A DNA stretch of 64,000 nt from Chiloscyllium plagiosum (Eukaryota): positions 12,232,842-12,296,841 of the forward strand of contig NC_057753.1 in the NCBI RefSeq assembly GCF_004010195.1, in the 5' to 3' direction. Shown here one piece after another: positions 1-11,653 of the stretch. Numbering within the stretch: position 1 is the stretch's first letter; every line of letters starts with the position of its first letter. Below the pieces are notes generated by a model that saw only the letters and a list, made by a program, of their open reading frames with translations, searched no databases and was not told the DNA's origin. The translations under genes were made by a program, and so were the position numbers.

Positions 1-360
1 TTAAATGCCCTGAAAGGTGGCGAATCTACAACTATTGCAGGCGGTGCGTTACACGCCCCTTGCTACTCCAGGGTGGATGGGTCAATTACTTAGCGACACA
101 GGTTCAAAGTGCGAAGGGGAGAGTTCAGAAGGAATGTGCGAGGGAGAGGATTTCCAGATGAACGTTGGCAGAGGAGGAGACAGAAGCAAGCACAAGACCG
201 GATTTTACGGAGCTGCTGGACTAATATAGCAAGAGGAAGGGAATTAAACGATACAGATCCTGTTTGTAAAGGCGGTGTCAGTATGGAATAGAAAATATGT
301 GTCAGCGCAGGCTCAGAGGACTGAAGGTCAATTTCCGTGCTGAATTGTTATTTGTACTCC
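1..360. mobile_element. Two abutting CR1 LINE 3' fragments (1-68 minus, ~70-360 plus)
   Basis: Similar to the RT C-terminus/3' UTR of the CR1 copies at 12154 and 26620-26880. Confidence 0.55.
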
Positions 361-1049
361 GTCTTTCCTCAAACCCCTCTTATGGAAGTAAAATGGCCCC
401 ACTTTCTTCACTCCAGTTCCATTAGGAAACTCCCTGGACCGTGAAATAATTCTTGCAAATGATTCTGAGTGCTCTGTCATTCCTTGACATCCGTCCTAAA
501 GAACGTTGCCCAGACTCTGGCACAACGATCGCGTTGGTGTCAAAGCGTGTTCTACAGATTTAACACAACCTAGTTGGTTTTTGTTTTGGCCCCAAATCCC
601 TCTTAATAAAGCTTATGAAGCCGTATACTTTATTTTATAACCTCTCACGACAGTTTCATTACTTTTGGTATGGTTGCCAACTTTCTGCGACAGTCCATGA
701 CCACACTGCTCCTCCAGTTAACTTTGCAAATAATCGTCATTCTGCAAATCGGGGAACTCATCCCCCTCGACTTCACTTTTCTGGCAATTGCTTCAAATTA
801 TTTCATTTCGTTTCAGAAGCAATACCTCTCACTTCGTGATATTTGTTTGCTATTTCTCATCCCGTGAATTCGTCCCAAACTCCCGCAATTGGCGTTTGGA
901 TTCAGTCAGTGACATTTACACTGTGGTTTCAACGTCACTGAGGACTAGATTCTCATGATATCAAGGTCATCAGTTTATTCGTGATCACGTCTCTGTATTT
1001 TCTGGCAAAGTGTGCTCTGAAATCTGCATCATATGGCATCTTTACATTC

Positions 1050-1135
1050 GGGCGGCTATGTTGGCTGAGTGGTTAACACTGCTGCCTCACAGCACCAGGG
1101 ACCCGGAATGGTTTCCAGCCTCGGGTGACTGTTGT
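1050..1135 (+). mobile_element. SINE 5' fragment
   Basis: gggcggctatgttggctgagtggttaacactgctgcctcacagcaccagggacccgg matches the HE1-type head. Confidence 0.7.
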
Positions 1136-1849
1136 GCGCTGCAAATACCTCCTTCCTCCCGAACTGGAAGAAACACGTTTCTACCTGTTTCTTGTTTCCT
1201 TCTATTCCCTTCCATTTTCCTATCCCCACTTTGCAACGGTCCTGTCATCACATTGAAACATTCACTCCAACCAGTCAACGTATCAGCCAGCTCCACACTC
1301 TGAACTGTCTCCTTATGAATGCAAACCTCTGAATATATCTATCTGTTATGTTGGCACTTCATGTATTGACAGAGCTTTGTTCTGGAGCGATTTACAGTTG
1401 AACCAATATCTCCACATGCATTTGATTCAGCCTTTATCCGAAGACTGAAAAATTTCTATGAAACCTCTTCATACTGTCGACCTTTGCGAGAAGGCCCAGT
1501 CTTTTCAAACTTTCCAAATCACGCGTAATTCTGCTCAACCGTTTACTCAGTGTTGTAAAATAAAATCAAAGTTGATGATGCAAAATGCTATGATATCTGA
1601 ACAGGAGAGGCCATTCCTCCATTTATTTGGGCCCTAAAATGAGGGATATTAGGGCGGCCCGTCTGTCTTCACATTATGCCCCACGCTGTTTCCAAATACA
1701 CTGAGCCCTTTTGTATTCAAACATCGATCAAAGTGTGGATTACATATCGGATCCCTTAAGAAATGGATACGTTTTAATTAGATATGGCTGTTCTTTTATA
1801 AGTTATATTTAATATAATACAAACGCGTACAATCCGATGGTGGCCATAT

Positions 1850-3160
1850 GCGGAGTCAAAGCAGTGTACAGCCCAGAAACAGACCCATCAGTCCAATTCA
1901 TCCATGACGACCAGATATCCTAAATTGATCCAGTCCCATTTGCCAGCATTTGTCCTACATCCCTCACAACCCTACCTATTTAAATGCCAATCAAGCTGCC
2001 TTTTAGTTGTAATTGTGACATCCTCTGGCACTTCATTCCATAAATTCACCAAACTCAGCATGAGAAAGTTAACGGTTAAGTCCCTTTTAAATCTTCCCTC
2101 TCACGTTAAACCCACGCTGTCTAGTTTTGGCCTCCCTTCCGCTGTGGAAAAGAACTTGACTATTAACTCTATCTATACTCCTTACCATCTTATAACCTTC
2201 TGTAAGGTCAGACCTCAGCCTTTGATGCTCCCGGGAAAACAGCCTCAGCCTTTTCAGTCTCTGCTTATACCACAAATCATTCAGGTTTTGCAACCTCCAT
2301 GTAAATATTTCCTGGGCGCTTTTAAGTTTCACAACATCTTTCATATAGCATGGATACCAGAATTGAACGCACTATTCCACAACTGGCCTAATCAATGTCA
2401 TGTACATCTGCAACGTGGCCTACTACCCCCTACAGTTAATGCACTGACAAAGAAAGGCAAGCACAGCAAACGCCTAGTTCACTGCACTGTCTGGCTGCGA
2501 CTCCAATTACATCGAACTGTGAACCTGCACTAAAAACAGCCTCAGCCTTTTCAGTCTCTGCTTATACCACAAATCATTCAAGTTTTGCAACGTCCATGTA
2601 AATATTTCCTGGGCGCTTTTAAGTTTCACAACATCTTTCATATAGCATGGATACCAGAATTGAACGCACTATTCCACAACTGGCCTAACCAATGTCATGT
2701 ACATCTGCAACGTGGCCTACTACCCCCTACAGTTAATGCACTGACAAAGAAAGGCAAGCACAGCAAACGCCTAGTTCACTGCACTGTCTGGCTGCGACTT
2801 CAATTACATCGAACTGTGAACCTGCACTAAACAATCTCTTTATTTGGCAAGGGTCCCCAGGATCTTTCCACTGAGTATGCAAATCGGCTCTGAATTTCCC
2901 TATTTCCCACTTTCATCTAGTCTAAACTCTGTCTGCCATTTTTCTACCCGTCAAACCATCTGATCAAGTTCCCGTTGTTCTCTGAGATAACCTTCTTCCT
3001 TGTCCACGACATCATCAATTTTGCCGTCACCTGCAATCTTACTAACCAAACCTCCTTTATTAACATTCAAAAAGCAGTTAACCCAGCACCGACCCTTTTG
3101 GCACACCACTGATCAAAGTCCCCCATTTTGCAAATCAACCCTCCATCACCACCCTTTGAC
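1850..3160 (-). mobile_element. CR1 LINE 3' fragment with internal tandem duplication
   Basis: KDVVKLKSAQEIFT...RLRLFSREHQRLRSDLTEGYKMVRSIDRVN matches the CR1 RT C-terminus. Confidence 0.8.
2236..2830 (+). repeat. Tandem duplication, 2 x 297 bp, near-identical
   Basis: aaaacagcctcagccttttcagtctctg...cctgcactaa starts at both 2236 and 2533. Confidence 0.95.
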
Positions 3161-4416
3161 CAAACACCAAATCCACTTGCTCTGAAAGGAAAAAGTGAAA
3201 TGAAACACAATGCCTTAGCAAACGCCTGTTATGATGGGTATTTCGCCTATGTATTTAGAAAAAAAAGGATACATTTGGACTGATCCAACAAACGGAGGAT
3301 ATAAATGTGTTCTGTTTATGCGATTCTTGGATAAATCAGCTCAGAGATATGAGAGTCTTGTTCAAGGGTGGCATGACCTCAAATTGAAAAAAAAAAACAA
3401 AGTGAAGATACATCTGCGACATCTACAGTGACAAATTGAGCAACATCCTGAAACCAAACATTGCACAGAAAATACCTTGTGTCCGGAATTCGGAGAAGAC
3501 GATGAATTGCCAGATTGAAACTAACTATTTTATCGTGCACGGGCATGATCTCGATTCTGGTTCAAACCGTTAGACACTGCTTTGATTGCCTGCTTTCTAA
3601 CAACTGAAAAGTTAACAATAAAGGTGAAGTTGCATTCTCTTATAATTTGACTGTTTGCGCTTTTCTACGAAATTCGAGATGCCTGTGGAAAATAAAAAGT
3701 CAATACCAGTATCTCAAACATTAACGTTCACGGTGGGTGGGTGCTTACAGTTACGCCTTTCCGTCGAAAGGAGGAAATTACCGAAATTAGTGCTAATATT
3801 TAGGCAACAGAAAAACTATCAGGAAAACTAAAGCTAAATTCAGTCACTGACTGTACAATGGTGAAATTCTGCCAGGCCAAAAACTAGGAAGTCTGAATCC
3901 TGATCTCTCATTTTCTGAGATTTGTGCCCCTCCAGGGGTCTCAGACCAATCATTACAACGAAGATGCCTTTTCTTAGTTCTTCATTCCTCATTTCCATTG
4001 ACAGGATCAGACAGAAATTATTTACACAGAAGGCTCCTCCTTGACCCCGCTCCTGTGTTCACAGTAACGCCCAATGCAATACTTGCCAGTGGGAGTTAGA
4101 GGTTTGAATCAATTTATCGCAATTACAATTCAGAGTGAGAGATTGGGATGATGATTGTATCATCTGATGCCCTTTTAGACCAAGGATGCAACAGATTGGG
4201 TGAACTGAACCTGCTCTCGATTGCCTCGGGTTTGACTCCCAGACGTGACTCATCCTGAAAATTCTGCTCTCAAATCTAAAATTGTGATGAAAACTTGCCT
4301 TAGAACACGGTTTGTTTTAGATGAAATTGTTTTGAATAAATATAGATCACAAGAATATAACGAAAGCAAGCAATTTCCGTACTGTGTTGAACATAGTGGT
4401 ATTTGCCGTCACTTAC

Positions 4417-4508
4417 CGGCTGTGACAGTCACCACCGTCCCAGATCCATCCACTGCTTCTTCGGACGTCCACAATGACATCGTTCTCGGTCACACTAGTG
4501 CAAAAACT
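4417..4508 (-). other. NAR-type J gene segment (coding 4469-4417) with 23-RSS
   Basis: AGTTTTTGC-23nt-CATTGTG, then TSEEAVDGSGTVVTVTA and a phase-1 GTAAGT donor. The GxGT motif is preceded by D rather than F/W, as in NAR J segments. Confidence 0.9.
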
Positions 4509-4818
4509 ACTGGCACATCAATCCCTTGTGTGAAAATCACCAGTCTGCTCTGCTTGATTATTGAGGATATTTGAATCACGTCACTCGATTCTGCATTTGA
4601 TATAATATGTCAGGTCAAGTTGTCTTTGAGGAAATTCTAAAATGGTTGAGACACGGCACAATAACCTGAACTGGAGATGAACTCTTCGCAGAAATTGAGA
4701 ATAATGTGAAAAAACTGAAAAAGAAATCAGAAAGCATAATCACACCAAACCAGGCCGCAAAATTCTCCTAATGCATATGTGGCTATGGATCTACAGAATA
4801 TTGATTGTAATTGTGCAA

Positions 4819-4890
4819 GATATTTGTTTAAATCTCAGCCACTGTGAAATACCATCCAGCCACACAATGTTTCTCGTCAGCACCAAATCT
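4819..4890 (-). other. D gene segment (coding 4862-4847, TGGCTGGATGGTATTT) flanked by 12-RSS on both sides
   Basis: Minus strand reads AGATTTGGT-12nt-CATTGTG [16 nt] CACAGTG-12nt-ACAAATATC, and lies between the V and the J. Confidence 0.88.
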
Positions 4891-5203
4891 CCTGGTATTG
4901 GTGAGAAGCGAAGTTTTTGCTTAAACTGCAGCTCCAGGTCCCAGTTTCAGAACTGGAAACAGTCTGCTGTCAGTGACTCCTGAAAGGGATTAGTCTTTCC
5001 CAACACCATAACACTGACGACGATCCCACAAAAGACGACACTAACAGGCACCCTCAGCATTTACCAAACTCAAAATGAAAACAACAGCAACCCAGTTTTA
5101 CTATAACCAGGACTGCGGAGTTGACACTGACAGGCGTAATGTGGGGTGTTCAGGACGAATGGGCTTCGGAATTTGATTTAGTTCTGTGATAATCTGTGGA
5201 GAG

Positions 5204-5241
5204 CATTTTAGTCTGGCGGGAGGCCGAGTCAAATCACTGTG
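5204..5241 (-). other. RSS of the NAR-type V (22-bp spacer)
   Basis: CACAGTG (5241-5235) + 22 nt + ACTAAAATG (5212-5204). Confidence 0.85.
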
Positions 5242-5704
5242 CGCTGTGACTGTACCAAGCTTTACAATAATACGTGGCAGTGTCTTTCACATTCAGATTC
5301 TGAACTTCCAGTGAAAATGCATTTTCTGCTGTATTTGTCCTCACAACAAACCGTCCTCCTGACAAGATCCGCCCTCGCTTTGTTCCAGTCTGTGTTTGTC
5401 TGAAGAATTCGCCCCGCTTCAAAGCATATGCAAAGAAACTACTGTAGAAAACGCAGTTGATGTTGAGAGACTGGCACTCTTCCTTGGTGTCAACTCGTGG
5501 AGTCTGTACCACTGACTGACAGAAAGATCCTGGAAATTAATGGGAGAGATATAAATTCGCACAGTGAAACTGAAGCAGAGACAATATTTGTTGTTTTTTC
5601 ATGGATTCGGGGAGTTTTGTACTCAATGTGCACAATGTTAGATTGTTCGGTCCGTACTTACTTGGCAAATAGACACACAGTGTAAGGACAAGAAGGCGTC
5701 CCAT
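5242..5704 (-). CDS. NAR-TCR-type (IgNAR-like) variable gene segment; leader exon 5704-5662, V exon 5529-5242
   Basis: Leader MGRLLVLTLCVYLP ends at a phase-1 GTAAGT donor; acceptor is tttccag. The spliced frame is open: RSFCQSVVQTPRVDTKEECQSLNINCVFYSSFFAYALKRGEFFRQTQTGTKRGRILSGGRFVVRTNTAENAFSLEVQNLNVKDTATYYCKAWYSHS. VNAR hallmarks are present: QTP..TKE..SL.INCV, ISGGRF-like, YYCKA, and about 10 fewer residues across CDR2 than the V at 36113. Confidence 0.9.
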
Positions 5705-5827
5705 CGTGTTGCTCCCTCGTGCAGCAAATGATTTCCACAGTCTGGACTGAAATACAGCAGAACGATCAAGTTTATTTGCAGAGGCCACTGCCCTTGTTCC
5801 GGATGTGAAATCCCTCCTACATTTCTC

Positions 5828-5834
5828 TGACGCA
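5828..5834. promoter_or_regulatory. CRE-like element upstream of the NAR-type V leader
   Basis: TGACGCA about 125 bp upstream of the ATG; CRE-like motifs are common in TCR V promoters. Short motif, so it may be chance. Confidence 0.3.
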
Positions 5835-6289
5835 CAGGGGGTGGGTTTGGTAACTGTTTTGAGAGTAGAGGTTGCCGTCCTACGTGCACCTAGAGAAATG
5901 AGCTGGGAAAATGGTCATGTGGTTTCTTTGATGCCGTTCTTTGAGTTTGAAATGTTGATCCAGGACACTGGGAATATTTCACATACTGCAAAACTCCACT
6001 CGCTATATTCCATTACAGCCATGAAGTCATGAACATTCCTGGACTGGGTACCAGGATTTTGGTTCAGCACCAAATCCGGAGGAACGCACCTCAGACTCAG
6101 TCAATCAGAATCCATCCTCTTGGAGTCATATTCAAATGTGAGATAACGCAGTCGAATTGTCAGTATCGTGGAACACAGTACGGAAACAACTTCAAATCTT
6201 CATTTTAACAAATATCTCGTACGAATTTACATTTTGACAGCTGGATTCAGCAACTTAAGCCTGTTCTGACGTTCAGAAATATCAAGACT

Positions 6290-6720
6290 TCTCTGAATCT
6301 TCTGCATTCCCATCGACTCCAAATTATTGTTCACTCTTTTTAAAAAGCAAGAATGCATCTAACTTTGCCTTGAAAATGTTCAAATACCTGTTTATCGTGC
6401 CTTTAGAAAAAGGGAGTTCCAAAAGTTCGTACTCTGTGAGGAAAGAAATAGTCTTTAACTTTGGCTTAAATGCTCGAATCCTCCTCCTCCTCATCCTGGG
6501 ATATTGAGTTCTAGATTCTCCTACAAGATAGAACTTTCTTTCCATGTTTATTCTATCAAAACTCTCAAGGTTTTGAATGTGCCAGTCAAATGGGCTCTTT
6601 CTCTTCTAGCTTAAAATGGACAAATCTCAACTGTCCATCCTGACCTCACAAGTCAACCTACCCATTCGAGACAGTGGTACAGTATAAGTTCAGAAAACTG
6701 CAATGAATACATTCACACTC
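6290..6720 (-). mobile_element. Degraded CR1 LINE 3' fragment
   Basis: LVGESRT...FKAKLDAFL resembles the CR1 ORF2 C-terminus. Confidence 0.55.
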
Positions 6721-6763
6721 TTCTTAAATAAAGAATGCACTACTGCGCATAGCACGGCAGATG

Positions 6764-6766
<3 letters not shown>

Positions 6767-6817
<51 letters not shown>

Positions 6818-6838
6818 GACACACACACAGACACACAC
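6767..6838 (+). repeat. Compound (CT)n(CA)n microsatellite
   Basis: Directly visible. Confidence 0.95.
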
Positions 6839-9800
6839 CGAAAGTATTCATGAAGCAGTACCTTCCTACTGATGTACAAGTTTCTGTTCAGAATAGAACG
6901 GGAGAAAGTATTACCAACGGTAAAATGTTCGACAGCCAGGAGCCACAGATTTAACAGCGTGTGCGCCACAAGCAACGTGGGAGCCACCAACCCCGAAGCA
7001 GCGATTCGGCCACGAGCCCCAGAGCTGCGTGTGTGCTGCAAGGCCTGGAAAAGGTGAAGGAAGCAGTGCGGGCTATCAGTCCGACAGCAGCACAGCCAGG
7101 AAGCATCCACGGTGTACCATATAGGCAGTGAGTATCAGGCACACACCTGTACAGGGGAAGCAGACCAGGACGTACTCTGGAGCAGTTGAATGCCCGTATG
7201 AAAGGGAGTGGGGCTTAGATCAGAACGAGGCTTGCTGTTGGGTGGTGGAGTGGGATCTGGTACGTTCGTTCTGATCATGCGCTGAGCTGCAATGACGTAA
7301 TATCTATTTGTATTTTTAAATTTATTTTCAACTCGGTTTCGTCGTGCAAATACTTCTATTTCTCTGCTGCATTCAAGAATTGTATTGAAGCACTTGTGTC
7401 AGTAATATGTCGCCATAAGAAGGCAGACATTGGAAAAGGTTTTCACTGTACTCTTTCAATGTGCACGTGACAATAAAATGATATTCTAATATTCCAATTT
7501 TTCAGCAGACATATTGTGAAAAAAAGGTAATGTGAGGATCAGATAAATGATTTTTTCACACAACTATCCGCACTGTTATGGGTGAATAGCCAAGAATGGG
7601 CTGGAGACAGGCTTAATTGTGACATTCAATAAGGCATTGAAATATTGTAGATCGAACAAGTGCACAGGTCATGTGTGGACTATTCATGAATTTGAGACTA
7701 AGCTGCTGAATAGCCTCCTCTGACAGAGTAACGAAACGTGAAGCTATGATTCCGTGTATTCCATTGGTGAAAAATCAGAATATTCTATGAACCTTCCTAA
7801 TTATTTCCTGCATGTCAGTAGGAACTTACCATACTTCATGGACTGTGACATGCTTCGGTATATCAGAGCTCTGCAACTCTCGCCATTTGGATAATGTGCT
7901 TCTTTTTGTATTCTTCCTGCCATATCTGACAATTGCAAATAGTCACATACAATACTCTATCTTCCAGATCTTTCCTCAATTGCATATCCATTGTTCTGAT
8001 CTTAGTCAAATTACTCAGCTTCCTCCTCTTGTGGGTCACTTACGTCACATTTTCTCCACTTTCTCATCCTTGTGACATTTACCTCAATGGCCTGAATCTC
8101 AGTAACCCGGACTGTATTCTTCTGAAGCCAATAAACATGCTCCATGATTTTCAAAATTCACAGATACTCACAGGCAATCAGAGCATTGGGTCACGCTTGG
8201 CAACTTGTTTCGATACGTCCCATCTCTGCCAATCTGGAGACCAGATCTGGATCCAAATGTTTGAAATTTATCTGCCTACTGAATCTTTATTGATAGGTGG
8301 ACTGTTGAAAACATGAACTCAGCACACTCTTGCCTAATCAGCGACGGAGCAATTAGATGGCACTCCAGAAGGCAACCTGGCAGTCGTCTGACAATCTTCG
8401 TGTTACAGCTTCTTTACTCATTCACACAATGACACCAGAACATTGTCAGTACGTTGCAAGTTGTTTTTGCAGTGGCACAACACGAGAGGCAGTCAGTTCC
8501 TTACAGGGGGAATGAAGACTGGTTGTTCATCCTGACATATTTTTCGGCACAGGCTGAGCAGTTCTCATGAATAATTCATCTTGGTCACAGATTATGCTGA
8601 ACCCTTCTACTATTATGTTGTTTTTGTTAATATCGTTATTTTACTTTGCAATTGGAATATTTGTTGTTTTCGTTTGAGACTTTCAACTGAATTCTCTTGT
8701 GTAAAAGTAACGTACTCAGTGTTCCTAATGTGAAAGTGCTACCATAATATTTCATATTCAAGAATTAATTCCACTCAAAGATAATACATCAAACAGAGGA
8801 AATGTATATCACTTAAAGTTCAAGAAGAGACTGAAATTATAATGTGGTGGAATAAAACAGTGGGATCATACTTAAATAATTTATTTGTGCTTCGCCATCA
8901 GTCATTTCCAACCTTTGTTTGAAAAGGCCACACTCCATCGGAAACAACAATACCAATTAGAGTGTAATCCGCTTTTGGCTATGCGTTTCATAAAATGGAA
9001 CGAGTGAAATGTAACATTGCATGATTTCTATACTATCTTTATATGCGAGACCATTGTGAATACATATCTCAAATGTATAACACAATTTTAAATTTTGATC
9101 CGATTTTGACTTTTAAGGCCACCGTTTCAAATGCAGCAATGAAACTGAGAAGCTGGTAGCTTAAAATTCAAAGACTCTGTCTCAGCAACTATCACGCCAA
9201 TCTTTTGCAGAGAATATTTTTCATTTGCAATAAAATGTAAAATTTGTTTGTGTTTTCTGGCCCACAACATGTTTGTATTGGCTGTAATAGCTAAAATACA
9301 TAACTTGAAAGACAAGGATAAATTTTTACCAAATTAATTATATTTTCTAGAGACAAAACCACAAAATTACTCACAATAATAGAAGAGTTTAGCATATACT
9401 TTTAAATAATATATTTTCACGTTGCACATATAACTTGAACAATCTTTTTTCTCTTTAATTCTCAACCTAATACCTTCAGTGTGAGGGATAATATTATGTC
9501 CTTCCAAAAAATAAATTTCAATCGAGCAGTAGCTGCATTCATTTGTTTCCTGAAATAAATGTAATTAGTTCAAAGCATCGAAACAACAAATGACCTCCCT
9601 CGAGCCTACAATTATGAACAACAGTGTGAATTTCAGAGCATTGCAACGTGCACGTGGACCATCTGATAATAATGCATGGATTACCAGCAGCCAAGGCGTT
9701 TGACATTTATTATCCCACCCTCGGGGCTATCGGCGTTCCAGGTAAAACATTGTAGTTAGTTTACAAGTGAGAGTATCATTGTTTGGTTCGATCAATGCTG

Positions 9801-9995
9801 CAATTTTACCTGAAGCACATTTACATGTTCCAATTTAATGTGCTCTTTTCTTTCCATTCCATGGCACGACTTCTATTTCACAGCATCATTGACCAATATA
9901 ACGATATTAGTTTTGCAATTTCAGCATTCAACGAATTGATTTTTATGGCTTTAACTTTTTTTTTTGGTATGGATGTTATAATTTCATTCGTTTAA

Positions 9996-11391
9996 ACGTG
10001 GAATGCCTTCATTATGAGAAGAAAGCACGTTATCAAAGTGCTTTCTCCGCTTTAACTTGATGCTACCTTCTTGTGATGGTGGCCGTTCGATTGTTTGAAC
10101 AATGTCACTGATCCCATGTTCTACTAGCATAAGAGAAAATAAATGGACTTTTATTCATTTAACGGACAGTGTCATTATGAAGTGATTTGATTACACTGAT
10201 ACTGTATTTTAAATACAATCGCAGGAGTTCACTGGCAATGCTATTGGGGGTGAATTACTGCAATGTTCTCATTATTATTGTGCAAATGCAACGTAATGTG
10301 GCATTACCACTGTCCTGTGATGAACTGGCATAGTGTTACTACAGTTTACATGAAGTACTGTTGTGTTACGAATGCTGTGATTCCAGGTGAAAGACCATCC
10401 CGTTGTTTCTGTGCAAAGATAAAAGTATTGTGTTGTTTTGACTTCTTCAGTTTATAATAACATGCTGTTAGGAAGCTGCAGAAATGCCGCTGTTTAGTTA
10501 TTGCCATTTTGGCATCAATTCTGTGGGCAAATAGTAAATATCATGTAAATATCGTTTATTTCATTAGTTATTCCCTCTGAAGTGATGGAATAATTACTGT
10601 AAATATCTCATTGATTGAGAAGATTGAAACAAATGACGAATTTTACAGGATTCAATGAAGTAGTTTATTGAAGCTGTTTAGTTTGGCGTGGAGGTAGTGA
10701 CGTGGAATGCCTTCATTATGAGAAGAAAGCACGTTATCAAAGTGCTTTCTCCGTATTAACTTGATGCTACCTTCTTGTGATGGTGGCCGTTCGATTGTTT
10801 GAATGATGTCACTGATCCCATGTTCTACTAGCATAAGAGGAAATAAATGTACTTGTATTCAGTTCACGGACAGGGTCATTATGAAGTGATTTGATTACAC
10901 TGATATCATATTTTAAATACAATCACAGGAGTTCACTGGCAATGCTATTGGGGGTGAATTACTGAAATGTTCTCATTATTATTGTGCAAATGCAACGTAA
11001 TGTGGCATTACCACTGTCCTATGATGAACTGGCATAGTGTTACTACAGTTTACATGAAGTACCCTTGTGTTACTAATGCTGTGATTCCAGGTGAAAGACC
11101 ATCCCGTTGTTTCTGTGCAAAGATAGAAGTATTGTGTTGTTTTGACTTCTTCAGTTTATAATAACATGCTGTTAGGATGCTGCAGAAATGCAGCTGTTTA
11201 GTTATTGCCATTTTGGCATCAATACTGTGGGCAAATAGTAAATATCATGTAAATATCGTTTATTTCATTAGTTATTCCCTCTGAAGTGATGGAATAATTG
11301 CTGTAAATATCTCATTGATTGAGAAGATTGAAACAAATGACGAATTTTACAGGATTCAATGAAGCTGGCGTGGAGGTAGTGACGTGGAATG
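9996..11391 (+). repeat. Tandem duplication, about 2 x 704 bp
   Basis: acgtggaatg unit start at 9996, 10700 and 11382. Paired spurious ORFs at 10263 and 10967 are 704 bp apart. Copies differ by scattered substitutions and a ~22-bp deletion. Confidence 0.93.
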
Positions 11392-11653
11392 TTCAATTGG
11401 TAGGACGCTCTTTGAGTCCTCCCCGTCAGTTATTTCCAATCATCCAGGGTGACACAGAAGAAACTAGATGATTATTCGTTTAAGAGCTCAAAGTGAGAAT
11501 TGTGTGCCACTCCACAATCACACTCCAAATTCAGAGTAACGCTTTTTGATATTCACTCACTCCATTTGAGTATACACTTGAGCAAGTTGTTCTCCATCTT
11601 TTCTAACAGTTAATCATGTCACAATAAGGCTTTCTATGTGATCACTTTTGAAC

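Noticed and set aside
919-1446. Possible decayed supporting V on minus (ttttcag acceptor, FG*RLNQMHVEILVQ...LCQYMKC, later NLVLSD and CACAGTG at 925-919)
   Set aside because: Multiple stops, no WYRQ or YYC, and no credible nonamer; the resemblance could be chance. A tBLASTn search would decide.
1904-2830. 209-aa and 81-aa plus-strand ORFs
   Set aside because: Antisense read-through of a CR1 fragment and its tandem duplicate.
4059-4253. ORF containing QSSSQSLTLNC, reminiscent of V FR1
   Set aside because: No Trp/YYC at the right spacing and no RSS.
4912-5131. Possible second D segment (nonamer-like AGTTTTTGC at 4912; CACTGAC at 5125)
   Set aside because: No correctly spaced heptamer with the essential CAC next to a coding end.
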